Shown here: positions 47,026 to 60,050 of the stretch, in pieces
How the letters are laid out: each line of letters starts with the position of its first letter
How positions within the stretch are numbered: the stretch's first letter is position 1
Assembly: GCF_020745735.1 (NCBI RefSeq)
Contig: NC_083438.1
Location: 33,230,443-33,294,442, forward strand
Direction: 5' to 3'
DNA from: Hemiscyllium ocellatum
Taxonomy: Eukaryota
Length of the DNA stretch: 64,000 nt
Translations under genes and position numbers: made by a program
The notes under the pieces: model-generated
Told to the model about the DNA's origin: nothing
The model's input: the letters and a program-made list of their open reading frames with translations, nothing else
Database searches by the model: none

Positions 47026-47585
47026 TGTTGCGGCTGTACAGGACATTGGTTAGGCCACTGTTGGAATATTGCGTGCATTTCTGGTCTCCTTCCTATTGGA
47101 AAGATGTTGTGAAACTTGAAAGGGTTCAGAAAAGATTTACAAGGATGTTGCCAGGGTTGGAGGATCTGAGCTACAGGGAGAGGCTGAACAGGCTGGGGCT
47201 GTTTTCCCTGGAGCTTCGGAGGCTGAGGGGTGACCTTCTAGAGGTTTATAAAATCATGAGGGGCATGGATAGGATAGACAAGGGGTGGGGAAGTCCAGAA
47301 CTAGAGGGGCACAGGTATAGGCTGAGAGGGGAAAGATATAAAAGAGACCTAAGGGGCAATTTTTCACACAGAGGGTGGTACGTGTATGGAATGAGCTGCC
47401 AGAGGAAGTGGTGGAGGCCGGTACAATTGCAACATTTAAGGGGCATTTGGATGGGTATATGAATAGGAAGGGTTTGGAGGGATGTGGGCCGGGTGCTGGC
47501 AGGTGGGACTAGATTGGGTTGGGATATCTGGGTCAGCATGGGCGGGTTGGACCGAAAGGTATGTTGTACTTCTCTATGACTCTCT
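47026..47585 (+). mobile_element. CR1/HER1-type LINE 3' fragment
   Basis: EVMLRLYRTLVRPLLEYC...3' tail. Confidence 0.9.
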
Positions 47586-47944
47586 GTTGGGACATGGTTA
47601 CAAACATGTACACCTTCTGCCTGATGGAAGAGGGCGGAAGAGATTATAACCAGGATGCGAGGGCTCTTTGATGATGTTGGCTGTTTTCCCAAGGCCGTGG
47701 GAAGTGCAGACGGAGTCGCTGGATGGGAGGTTGGTCTGTGTGATGGACGGGGCTGTGTTCACAACTCTCTGTAGTTGCTGAAGTTTCATTGTCAGTCTTG
47801 GAATGCCCTATTGAACGCCCCTCCCCCAGCCTCCGTCAGAGAAGGGTTTGCGAATCAAGGATTATTCCATTCTGAGCTAAGACTTTATCAACCACATCCT
47901 AGTTTCCGGTTCACAAGATCGAATCGCACCGAATCCATGGGAAG

Positions 47945-50900
47945 TTCCCAGAGAATCCCGACAGTCTGGAAACAGGCCCTTCGGCCCAACAGATCCACAC
48001 CGACCCTCCGAAGAGTAACCCACCCAGACCCATTATCCATGACTAATTTAACCTAACCTACACATCCCTGGGCACTATGGGACAATTTAGCATGGCCAAT
48101 CCACCCTAACCTGCACATCCCTGGGCACTATGGGACAATTTAGCATGGCCAATCCACCCTAACCTGCACATCCCTGGGCACTATGGGACAATTTAGCATG
48201 GCCAATCCACCCTAACCTGCACATCCCTGGGCACTATGGGACAATTTAGCATGGCCAATCCACCCTAACCTGCACATCCCTGGGCACTATGGGACAGTTT
48301 AGCATGGCCAATCCACCCTAACCTACACATCCCTGGGCACTATGGGACAATTTAGCATGGCCAATCCACCCTAACCTGTACATCCCTGGGCACTATGGGA
48401 CAATTTAGAATGGCCAATCCACCCTAACCTACACATCCCTGGGCACTATGGGACAATTTAGCATGGCCAATCCACCCTAACCTGTACATCCCTGGGCACT
48501 ATGGGACAATTTAGCATGGCCAATCCACCCTAACCTACACATCCCTGGGCACTATGGGACAATTTAGCATGGCCAATCCACCCTAACCTGCACATCCCTG
48601 GGCACTATGGGACAATTTAGCATGGCCAATCCACCCTAACCTACACATCCCTGGGCACTATGGGACAATTTAGCATGGCCAATCCACCCTAACCTGCACA
48701 TCCCTGGGCACTATGGGACAATTTAGCATGTCCAATCCACCCTAACCTGCACATCCCTGGACACTATGGGACAATTTAGCATGTCCAATCCACCCTAACC
48801 TGCACATCCCTGGACACTATGGGACAATTTAGCATGGCCAATCTACCTTAACCTGCACATCCCTGGACACTATGGGACAATTTAGCATGGCCAATCCACC
48901 CTAACCTACACATCCCTGGGCACTATGGGACAATTTAGCATGGCCAATCCACCCTAACCTGCACATTCCTGGGCACTATAGGATAATTTAGCATGGCCAA
49001 TCCACCTTAACCTGCACATCCCTGGGCACTATGGGACAATTTAGCATGGCCAATCCACCCTAACCTACACATCCCTGGGCACTATGGGACAATTTAGCAT
49101 GACCAATCCACCCTAACCTGCACATCCCTGGGCACTATGGGACAATTTAGCATGGCCAATCCACCCTAACCTGCACATCCCTGGGCACTATGGGACAATT
49201 TAGCATGGCCAATCCACCCTAACCTGCACATCCCTGGGCACTATAGGATAATTTAGCATGACCAATCCACCCTAACGTACACATCCCTGGGCACTATGGG
49301 ACAATTTAGCATGGCCAATCCACCCTAACCTGCACATTCCTGGGCACTATAGGATAATTTAGCATGGCCAATCCACCCTAACCTGCACATCCCTGGACAC
49401 TGTGGGACAATTTAGAATGGCCAATCCACCCTAACCTGCACATCCCTGGGCACTATGGGACAATTTAGCATGGCCAATCCACCCTAACCTGTACATCCCT
49501 GGGCACTATGGGACAATTTAGCATGGCCAATCCACCTTAACCTGCACATCCCTGGGCACTATGGGACAATTTAGCATGGCCAATCCACCCTAACCTGCAC
49601 ATCCCTGGGCACTATGGGACAATTTAGCATGGCCAATCCACCCTAACCTGCACATCCCTGGGCACTATGGGACAATTTAGCATGGCCAATCCACCCTAAC
49701 CTACACATTCCTGGGCACTATGGGACAATTTACCATGGCCAATCCACCCTAACCTGCACATTCCTGGGCACTATAGGATAATTTAGCATGGCCAATCCAC
49801 CTTAACCTGCACATCCCTGGGCACTATGGGACAATTTAGCATGGCCAATCCACCTTAACCTGCACATCCCTGGGCACTATGGGACAATTTAGCATGGCCA
49901 ATCCACCCTAACCTGCACATCCCTGGGCACTATGGGACAATTTAGCATGACCAATCCACCCTAACCTGCACATCCCTGGACACTATGGGACAATTTAGCA
50001 TGGCCAATCCACCTTAACCTGCACATCCCTGGGCACTATGGGACAATTTAGCATGGTCAATCCACCCTAACCTACACATCCCTGGGCACTATGGGACAAT
50101 TTACCATGGCCAATCCACCCTAACCTGCACATTCCTGGGCACTATAGGATAATTTAGCATGGCCAATCCACCCTAACCTGCACATCCCTGGACACTATGG
50201 GACAATTTAGAATGGCCAATCCACCCTAACCTGCACATCCCTGGGCACTATGGGACAATTTAGCATGGCCAATCCACCCTAACCTGTACATCCCTGGGCA
50301 CTATGGGACAATTTAGCATGGCCAATCCACCTTAACCTGCACATCCCTGGGCACTATGGGACAATTTAGCATGGCCAATCCACCCTAACCTGCACATCCC
50401 TGGGCACTATGGGACAATTTAGCATGGCCAATCCACCCTAACCTGCACATCCCTGGGCACTATGGGACAATTTACCATGGCCAATCCACCCTAACCTGCA
50501 CATTCCTGGGCACTATAGGATAATTTAGCATGGCTAATCCACCTTAACCTGCACATCCCTGGGCACTATGGGACAATTTAGCATGGCCAATCCACCTTAA
50601 CCTGCACATCCCTGGGCACTATGGGACAATTTAGCATGGCCAATCCACCTTAACCTGCACATCCCTGGGCACTATGGGACAATTTAGCATGGCCAATCCA
50701 CCTTAACCTGCACATCCCTGGGCACTATGGGACAATTTAGCATGGCCAATCCACCCTAACCTGCACATCCCTGGGCACTATGGGACAATTTAGCATGGCC
50801 AATCCACCCTAACCTACACATTCCTGGGCACTATGGGACAATTTACCATGGCCAATCCACCCTAACCTGCACATTCCTGGGCACTATAGGATAATTTTGC

Positions 50901-51553
50901 ATGGCCAATCCACCTTAACCTGCACATCCCTGGGCATTATGGGACAATTTAGCATGGCCAATCCACTCTAACCTACACATCCCTGGGCACTATGGGACAA
51001 TTTAGCATGACCAATCCACCCTAACCTGCACATCCCTGGGCACTATGGGACAATTTAGCATGGCCAATCCACCCTAACCTGCACATCCCTGGGCACTATG
51101 GGACAATTTACCATGGCCAATCCACCCTAACCTGCACATTCCTGGGCACTATAGGATAATTTAGCATGACCAATCCACCCTAACCTGCACATCCCTGGGC
51201 ACTATGGGACAATTTAGCATGGCCAATCCACCCTAACCTACACATCCCTGGGCACTATGGGACAACTTACCATGACCAATCCACCCTAACCTGCACATTC
51301 CTGGGCACTATAGGATAATTTAGCATGGCCAATCCACCCTAACCTGCACATCCCTGGGCACCATGGGACAATGTAGCGTGGCCAATCCAACCTAACCTAC
51401 ACATCCTGGGACTGTGGGAGGAAATCAGAGCACCCAGAGGAAACCCACACAGACACCGAGAGAATGTGCAAACTCCACACAGACAGTCACCCGAGACTTG
51501 AGTCGAAGCCGATCCCTGGCACCATGTGACAGCAGTGCTAACCACTGAGCCTC
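47945..51553 (-). mobile_element. HE1-like SINE inflated to 3.6 kb by an internal minisatellite
   Basis: Tail at 47945-48050, head and body at 51410-51553, array in between. Confidence 0.85.
48050..51410 (+). repeat. 53-bp minisatellite (gggcactatgggacaatttagcatggccaatccaccctaacctgcacatccct), ~63 units
   Basis: Period 53 (unit starts at 48070 and 48123); high unit identity. Confidence 0.95.
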
Positions 51554-51558
51554 CCCAA

Positions 51559-51605
<47 letters not shown>

Positions 51606-52089
51606 GGTTGTGGACCCCAGCTTTCAGAGCGAGTGGAACAACAAAGCAGTCGTGTTCTCTGAGGTGAAAGGATTAGCGAGTGAGACACAGAGAGAGAGAG
51701 AGAGGCAGGGAGAGATGTTAACCACACTGACCCCATCAAAGTCTGACTGAGACACCCAGGTTTTGCACAGACAGGAAGTGGGCTGACAACACTCAGGAAG
51801 TAAGATCAATGGAAGATCTGATTGAGATTCAGAAAATAATTTGCAAACAACACGGCTGGGTTTTGTTCGGAATAAGGTGTCACCGGTCCAACACTCCTCA
51901 CTCTCTCTCACCGGGACAGGAAATTAAGGGTCAATGCTTCTCCAGGGGGAAACAGGACTTGGCTCAGCACACGATGGGATGGGGGCTAGGATTCTCGGCT
52001 CCCTTCGTTCGGAATGTCGGAGCCTGTGTTTCAAAAAGTTCACCTCCCTCCTTCACCTGCCAAATCTCTCCACCTTGTTGAGTCGTGGA

Positions 52090-52925
52090 CTCATACAGCA
52101 CGGAAACAGACCCTTCGGCCCAACCTGTCCATGCTGACCCAGATATCCCAACCCAATCTAGTCCCACCTGCCAGCACCCGGCCCATATCCCTCCAAACCC
52201 TTCCTATTCATATACCCATCCAGATGCCTCTTAAATGTTGTAATTGTACCACCCTCCACCACTTCCTCTAGCAGCTCATTCCATACACGTACCACCCTCT
52301 GTGTGAAAAAGTTGCCCCTTAGGTCTCTTTTATATCTTTCCCCTCTCACCCTAAACCTATGCCCCTCTAGTTCTGGACTCCCCCACCCCAGGGAAAATAC
52401 TTTGCCTATTTATCCTATCCATGCCCCTCATGATTTTATAAACCTCTATAAGGTCACCCCTCAGCCTCTGACACTCCAGGGAAAACAGCCCCAGCCTGTT
52501 CAGCCTCTCCCTGTAGCTCAGACCCTCAGACCCTGGCAACATCTTTGTAAATCTTTTCTGAACGTTTTCAAGTTTCACAACATCGTTCCGATAGGAAGGA
52601 GACCAGAATTGCACGCAATATTCCAACAGTGGCCTAACCAATGTCCTGTACAGCCGCAACATGACCTCCCAACTCCTGTACTCAATACTCTGACCAATAA
52701 AGGAAAGCATACCAAAAGCCTTCTTCATTATCCTATCTACCTGTGACTCCACTTTCAAGGAGCTATGAACCTGCACTCCAAGGTCTCTTTGTTCAGCAAC
52801 ATTCCCTAGGACCTGACCATTAAGTGTATAAGTCCTGCTAAGATTTGCTTTCCCAAAATGCAGCACCTCGCATTTATCTGAAGTAAACTCCATCTGCCAC
52901 TTCTCAGCCCATTGGCCCATCTGGT
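52090..52925 (-). mobile_element. CR1/HER1-type LINE 3' fragment
   Basis: ORF 52357-52977 contains DQMGQWAEKWQMEF...RLRGDLIEVY. Confidence 0.9.
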
Positions 52926-53504
52926 CAAAATTCAAGGATTGCCATCTTAAACCCAGGTCTCGCTCACTCGTCCGCAATATCTCTGAAAGAGTAGCCTGAG
53001 TTACACCTCTTCCAACCCTGGCAACATCCTTGTAAATCTTTTCTGGTGCTACGTAAATGCAAGGCTCTGATTGACCCTGAGGAGCCTGAATCGAGTCAGA
53101 AATTAAGTCATGCCCTTAGATGGAGGCTGGGTTTGATTTCTTCAGAAAGGAATCCCAAATGTAGGCATGAACTCGTTGAGCGGGTCCCACGGCTGTGTTG
53201 TTGCAATGTTGGATATTGTGATGAGGAAATGCAGAAGGGAACATGACACACACATAGCATTCTCCTGATGGTGTCATCGCTGTTCCATGACATCAGCGGG
53301 ACATCAATGCCATCACCCGAGAGCCTGGGCTGAGCTGATTGGCCGAATGAGGTCCGCCACATGGACAGCTCACTCCAGCATGGGGCAACCCCAGGGACTG
53401 TACCATTCTCGACACCAGCAGAACATCATGGGAATGGAGGGACATCCGATTGACAGAGTATCCTCCTCACAGAGTCTACACCCAGTCACAAATCCCCACC
53501 TTAT

Positions 53505-53830
53505 CTTTGTAACTCCCCCTCCAGCCCCTACATCCCCTCCCTATCTCTGTAACCCCCTCTTCAGCCCCTACACCCCCTCCCTATCTCTGTAACCCCCTCT
53601 TCAGCCCCTACACCCCCTCCCTATCTCTGTAACCCCCTCAAACCCCTACACCCCTCCCTATCTCTGTAACCCCCTCCAGCCCCCTCCCTATCTCTGTAAC
53701 CCCTTCCAGCCCCTACACCCCTCCCTATCTCTGTAACCCCCTCCAGCCCCTACACCCCCTCCCTATCTCTGTAACCCCCTCCAGACCCCTCCCTCTCTCT
53801 GCCACCCCCCTTCAGCCCCCTCCCTCTCTC
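53505..53830 (-). repeat. ~37-bp minisatellite, reverse complement of the 3792-4008 family
   Basis: ccctatctctgtaaccccctccagcccctacacccc units. Confidence 0.85.
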
Positions 53831-53869
53831 TGCCACCTCCCTTTGTCTCAGTGCTCTCAACGTCGTTCG

Positions 53870-54330
53870 GCAAGGCCTGGTCTTTGTTGTCGCGGACAAG
53901 CTTGTTGGCCGCGCAGACGTGACGACGGCGCTACGTAAATGCAGCCGCCGATCGTCCCCGCGAATGCGGATGGCGATTCGGGGCTTGGGCGACAGCCCCC
54001 CCCCCTTTCGACGGAGGGTGGATTTAATTCGTCGCGAGGTGGAGCGAGAAGGGGGCGCCGAACGTCGTCACGGGGGTGAGGGGGGATGAGGAAGCGAGGA
54101 GTGCGGGCGCTGTAGATCCGAGTCAAAGCGTGTGTATGCTCGGGAAGTTGACTCTCCTGCCCCTGAGACGCTGTCTGACCCGCGGAGCCTCTCTGACCCC
54201 ACACTCCTCGACAGAGAATGAGGAAGCCTGACGTAGGCCCGAAGCCTGTTGATCTGTTCCTCTCGGACGTGTTGGTGCAATGTTGGATGTTGCAATCATC
54301 GTGATATGGCCGTGGAAAAATAAACACCAC
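53870..54330. promoter_or_regulatory. CpG-rich island-like unique segment
   Basis: Dense unmutated CpGs, TGACG half-sites, possible plus-strand donor gg|GTgagg at 54076. No gene assigned. Confidence 0.4.
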
Positions 54331-54584
54331 ACAGGAAGCTGCTTCCTACTCCCTGTGATATATATATAGATAGATAGATATATAAAACCACAGTCTCTAT
54401 TACATCACTCTGAGTGAATGTGGTGTGCTGCCGTGATGTCAGCTAGGCCCGTCCAGCAGCCTGGACAATAGTTCCTCAATCAGACACACGCAATGCGAAG
54501 AGCAAACTCACGAGGCAGTTCGTTCTGACCCCAAACCACAGTGTGTAGGCAGAGGCCATTCGTTCCAATAGCTGCATGCTATCC

Positions 54585-54935
54585 CTTTTGAAAGAGCTCA
54601 TCGTTTGTGTGAAGATTTGTAGCCATACACTCAGATGACAAACAACATGAATTCGATTGGGACAACACTACTATTATAGGACAGGCCAAACAGAGAACAG
54701 CCAGGGAATTCCTAGAGGCATGGCACTCATCAACAAACATATCGACCTGGACCCAAGGCCACTGCAGCGGACAGCAACTGACAACCGGAAGGGGCAGAGA
54801 CAAGCCACTGTAAATGCCGGAGGAATCAGCACAGAAGCGCTTCACAGGAGGCTCCCAAGCACTGAAGATGTCACCTAGAAAGGGGACGAAACGTTTGCAA
54901 CAAAAACTCCCAGCTCGGTGAACAGAACCACAACA
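54585..54935 (+). mobile_element. PLE (Poseidon-type) 3' fragment
   Basis: HEFDWDNTTIIGQAKQRTAREFLEAWHS...NKHIDLDP, followed by the terminal repeat. Confidence 0.8.
54859..54898 (+). ncRNA. Minimal hammerhead motif (family C)
   Basis: GCA CUGAAGA U GUCACC-UAGAAA-GGGGAC GAAAC GUU UGC: stem I GCA/UGC, stem II 5 of 6 paired, palindromic ACGU. Confidence 0.65.
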
Positions 54936-54964
54936 TAGAGCTCATCGATTTATGCTCTGTTGTC

Positions 54965-55670
54965 AAGCCATAGAGATGTGCAACATATAAACAGACCCTT
55001 CAGTCCAACCCGTCCATGCTGACCCAGATATCCCAGCCCAATCTAGTCCCACCTGCCAGCACCCGGCCCATATCCCTCCAAACCCTTCCTATTCATATAT
55101 CCATCCAGATGCCTCTTAAATGTTGCAATTGTACCAGACTCCACTACTTCCTCTGGCAGCTCATTCCATACACGTACCACCCTCTGTGTGAAAAAGTTGC
55201 CCCTTATGTCTCTTTTATATCTTTCCCCTCTCACCCTAAACCTATGCCCCTCTAGTTCTGGACTCCCCCACCCCAGGGAAAATACTTTGTCTATTTATCC
55301 TATCCATGCCCCTCATAATTTTGTAAACCTCTATAAGGTCACCCCTCAGCCTCCGACGCTCCAGGGAAAACAGCCCCAGCCTGTTCAGCCTCTCCCTGTA
55401 GCTCAGATCCTCCAACCCTGGCAACATCCTTGTAAATCTTTTCTGAACCCTTTCAAGTTTCACAACATCTTTCCGATAGGAAGGAGACCAGAATTGCACG
55501 CAATATTCCAACAGTGGCCTAACCAATGTCCTGTACAGCTGCAACATGACCTCCCAACTCCTGTACTCAATACTCTGACCAATAGAGGAAAGCATACCAA
55601 ATGCCTTCTTCATTATTCTATCTACCTGCGACTCTATTTTCAAGGAGCTATGAACCTGCACTCCAAGGTC
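54965..55670 (-). mobile_element. CR1/HER1-type LINE 3' fragment
   Basis: ORF 55242-55661. Confidence 0.9.
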
Positions 55671-57230
55671 TAATGGGAAGAATGTGGTTAAGCTGGAGAG
55701 GGTTCAGAAGAGATATCCCAGGATGTTGTCAGGAATGGAGGATTTGAGTTTAAGGAGAGACTCAGACTATGTTCACTGGGGTGTCGGAGGTTGAGAGGTA
55801 ATCTTATGCAGGTATCCCCCACCTTTCAAACGTTCGCCTCACCCCAATGATGAAAGACCTACAGATGGACCTGTTTTCGCTAACTGAATGAAATCGGAAG
55901 AGGGTTTTCACTTTCACAAGGAAAGACAAATTTGTTTCCCCTATAAATTAATGCTTTTTCGCTTTCCTTCATTGCAGCTTACGAAATGTTTCATAGGAAC
56001 GCTCTACCTTCAGATAGCAGGGGGAGGGGGGAGACACCTGAGCTGGAGAGGGTTCAGGCGAGATTTACCAGGATGTTGCCGGGTTTGGAGGGTATGCATT
56101 GTAAGGAGAGGCTGGATAATTTGGGACTGTTTTCACTGGAGCGCAGGAGGTTGACCTTATAGAAGTTTGTCAAATCATGAGGGGTATAGGATAAGGGTGA
56201 ATGGCTGGTGTCTTTTCCCTAGGGTGGGGGAATTTCCAGACTAAGGAGCCGATTTTTAAGGGGAGAGGAGGGAGATTTTACAAAGGCAGTCAGGTAAATG
56301 AGGGTGATTCGCGTGCAGAATGAATTTCCTAAGACAGTGGTGAACTTGGCTACAATAACAATGCTTCGAAGATACCAGTCCATGAGCAGGATAGGTTTGG
56401 AATGAGGCAGCTGGGACTAGTTGAGTTTGGGATTGTGGTCAGAATGGACTGGTTGGGCCAAAGGCTCTATCTCCGTGCTGGATGGCTGGATACTCCAACC
56501 TTCTTGAATTAAGGGGCCAACATTCCGTGACCCTTCCCGATTCCCTGCTGTAACCTGTGCGCGAGCTTTCTGTGTTTCCTGCACAGTGTTGCAGATCCCC
56601 CCGCAGCTCGACTCCATTTTTAAATCTATCTGGCAGTTTTCCGATCCTCAATTTTCTCTAGAATCTAAGCGCTTTTGGAAAATTATAACCGATGCATCCT
56701 TGATCTCTGTTGCTACATCTGATAGCATCCTGGGATGCAAACCATCAGGGTCAGGGAACGTATCTGCCTTTAGCCCCTTCCCCCCCATTAGTTTGTCTCT
56801 GATGGTGGCGACGGTATTTAATTCCTCCCCGGTATTCTTCAATATTAGTGGGATGTTCAAGGACTCCTCAGCCATCTCCTTCCTCCCCAAATCTCTCACC
56901 GGATTGATTTTCTAAGGGACCTATCGTCTCTCCCCCTCTCCCCTTTCATATATTTAAAGAGCTCTTACTGTCAGCTTTTATCTTTCTCACTAGCTTGCCC
57001 TGAGTTTATTCTCTCTCTCTCCTCATTACCTTTTCTGGCCTCCTTCCATTCTGAATTTATCCCGGTCTGTGGGCCCAGCGCTGACTTTTGAGTCCTTATT
57101 TGCTTAGTCTTTCCACTTAACCAGCTTCCTTGGTTCGTTCGGGTTGGTTTATCCCTCTCTGACTGGGATGTACTTTTGCTGAGAATCCTGAATATCCCCC
57201 TTATGTGACTGTTTGCTGCTGCCAATCCTG
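55670..57230. mobile_element. Cluster of old degenerate CR1 fragments in both orientations
   Basis: Plus-strand remnants at 55670-55810 and 56030-56480; minus-strand PDPDGLHPRMLSDVATEI...IFQKRLD at 56648-56899. Confidence 0.65.
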
Positions 57231-57344
57231 CTCATCTATCCATGCTATAGTCCCATTTCACCATAACGCTTTTTATTTGAGTTGTTCCCCGTGTGTGTGT
57301 TCGCCATTTTTTGAGAAGATTTGTAGCTCACGTTGATGATAATT

Positions 57345-57805
57345 ACCGCTGAATACTCAGAAACAAACCCAAACACCGGACACTACGCAAGCAAAAATGA
57401 TGGCCATGTTACCTAACATCAAGGACCGATCAGAAATGACTTCCAGACTACTCAGACCCCTTGGCCTACAAACCTACCAACACACTTAAACAGCGACAAA
57501 TGAACCTAAAGGATCCATTAGATAACACCAACAAAATTGACGTCATTTACAAAATGCCACACAGGAACTGTAAAAAAAAACACTACCTTGGATAAACCAG
57601 TAGGAAACTTGCCACCAGGATACACGAACCCTAACTGGCCAGCAAAAGACACAACCCACTCTCACTAGTTATCATACACACAGACCAAGGACATTACTTT
57701 GACTGGGACTACACACACACCCTAGGACACCCGAAACCAAGACACACTCGAGAACTCTTAGAGGCATGGCATTCTAACCAGAACTCATCAATAAACACAT
57801 CGTTT
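57345..57805 (+). mobile_element. PLE (Poseidon-type) GIY-YIG fragment
   Basis: Degenerate VIYKMP...HYLG.TSRKLATRIHE...FDWD...RELLEAWHS. Confidence 0.7.
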
Positions 57806-57814
57806 TATAGACAA

Positions 57815-59270
57815 TAGACAATAGGTAGGCCATTCTGCCCTTCGAGCCTGTACCACCATTCAATATGATCATGGCTGATCATCCTTAATCAGTATCCTGT
57901 TCCTGCCTTATCCCCATAGCCCTTGGTTCCACTCTCCTTGAGAGCTCTATCCAACTCTTTCTTAAATGAATCCAGAGACTGGGCCTCCACTGCCCTCTGG
58001 GGCAGAGCATTCCACACAGCCACCACTCTCTGGGTGAAGAAGTGTCTCCTCATCTCTGACCTAAATGGTCTACCCCGTATTTTTAAGCTGTGTCCTCTGG
58101 TTCGGCACTCACCCATCAGCGGAAACATGTTTCCTGCCTCCAGAGTGTCCAATCCTTTCATTATCTTATATGTCTCAATCAGATCCCCTCTCAGTCTTCT
58201 AAACTCAAGGGTATACAAGCCCAGTCGCTCCAGTCTTTCAGTGTAAGGTAATCCCGCCATTCCAGGAATTGACCTCGTGAACCTACGCTGCGCTCCCTCA
58301 ATAGCCAGAATGTCTTTCCTCAAATTTGGAGACCAGAACTACACACAGTACTCCAGGTGCGGTCTCACCAGGGCCCTGTACAGCTGCAGAAGAACCTCTT
58401 TGCTTCTATACTCAATCCCTCTTGTTATGAAGGCCAGCATGCTATTAGCCTTCTTCACTACCTGCTGTACCTGCATGCTTACCTTCATTGACTGGTGTAC
58501 AAGAACACCCAGATGTCTTTGTACTGCCCCTTTACCTAAATTGATTCCATTTAGGTAGCAATCTGCCTTCCTGTTCTTGCCACCAAAGTGGATAACCACA
58601 CATTTATCCACATTAAACTGCACCTGCCATGTATCTGACCACTCACCTAACCTGTCCAGGTCACCCTGTAATCTCCTAATATCCTCATCACATTTCACCC
58701 TGCCACCCAGCTTAGTATCATCAGCAAATTTGTTCATGTTATTGCTAATACCATCTTCTATATCATTAACATATATTGTAAAAAGCTGCGGTTCCCAGTA
58801 CTGATCCCTGCGGTACCCCACTGGTCACTGCCTGCCATTCCGAAATGGAGCCGTTTATCACTACTCTTTGTTTCCTATCAGCCAACCACCTTTCAATCCA
58901 AGTTAGTACTTTGCCCCCAATACCATGTGCCCTCATTTTGCTCACTAAGCTCCTATGTGGGACTTTATCAAAAGCTTTCTGAAAGTCCAGGTACACTACA
59001 TCTACTGGATCTCCCTCGTCCATCTTCAGAGTTACATCCTTAAAAAATTCCAGAAGATTAGTCAAGCATGATTTCCCCTTCATAAATCCATGCTGACTCT
59101 GACCGATCCTGTTACTACTATCCAGATGTGTCGTAATTTCGTCATGTATAACTGATTCCAGCATCTTTCCCACCACTGAGGTCAGACTAACTGGTCTCTA
59201 ATTCTCTGTTTTCTCTCTCCCTCTATTCTTAAAAAGTGGTACAACGTTAGCCACCCTCCAATCCAATATG
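57815..59270 (-). mobile_element. CR1 LINE, second subfamily (RT to 3' end)
   Basis: QHGFMKGKSCLTNLLEFF, YLDFQKAFDKVPH, GVPQGSVLG, KFADDTKLGG, RRLRGDLIETYK. Confidence 0.95.
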
Positions 59271-59374
59271 AACAGCTTATGCTCAAAACGTCGATTCTCC
59301 TGCTCCTCGGATGCTGCCTGACCTGCTGTGTTTTTCCAGCACCACACTTGCGACTCTGACCTCCAGCATTGGCA

Positions 59375-60050
59375 GCACTCGGTGGGGGGAGGGAGGGGAT
59401 GGTACACACTGCTGTTACTGAGGGGGGGTGGGGGGAGGGAGGGGATGGTACACACTGTTGTTACTGAGGGGGGGTGGGGGGAGGGAGGGGATGGTACACA
59501 CTGTTGTTACTGAGCATCGGTGGGGGGAGGGAGGGGATGGTACACACTGTTGTTACTGGGGGGGTGGGGGGAGGGAGGGGATGGTACACACTGTTGTTAC
59601 TGAGGGGGGGTGGGGGGAGGGAGGGGATGGTACACACTGTTGTTACTGAGGGGGGGTGGGGGGAGGGAGGGGATGGTACACACTGCTGTTACTGAGCGTC
59701 GGTGGGGGGGCGGGAGGGGATGTTTGTGGGTGTGGGGCCAATCCAGTGGGGGCTGCTTTGTCCCTGGACGGTGTCGAGCTTCTCGAGTGTTGTTGGAGCT
59801 GCCCCCATCCAGGGGCAAGTGGGGAGTATTCCCTCACCCTCCTGCCTTGTGCCTTGTCGATAGTGGGACAGGCTTTGGTGGGAGTCAGGAGGGGAGTTAC
59901 TCGCTGCAGGATTCCCAGCCTCTGACCTGCTCTTGGAGCCGCTGTGTTTATGTGGCAAGTTCTGTTGAGTTTCTGGTCAATATTGATAGTGAGGGGTGGG
60001 GGAGGCGCGGTTTTAGTGACAGTAACACCATCGAATGTCAAGGAGGTGAT
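59375..60050 (-). mobile_element. CR1-type 3' fragment with internal ~46-bp minisatellite (composite copy 4)
   Basis: Same flanks as copies 1-3; cut on the left by a PLE terminal fragment (59280-59375). Confidence 0.8.

Noticed and set aside
48050-51410. Regular 53-bp array resembling a CRISPR locus
   Set aside because: No unique spacers and no cas genes; eukaryotic context; the array is internal to a SINE.
53046-53246. ORF with CCCNVGYC resembling a three-finger or TGF-beta receptor ectodomain end
   Set aside because: Too few upstream cysteines, no splice sites, and it starts at a CR1 junction.
53219-53337. Possible C/D-box snoRNA (GTGATGA...CTGA)
   Set aside because: No terminal stem and no recognisable guide sequence; the boxes are short enough to occur by chance.
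53048-53943. Exact 14-bp repeat gctacgtaaatgca at 53048 and 53930
   Set aside because: Resembles the common L2/SINE 3' tail (ggcgctatataaatgcaag, from recall), so probably two independent repeat ends.
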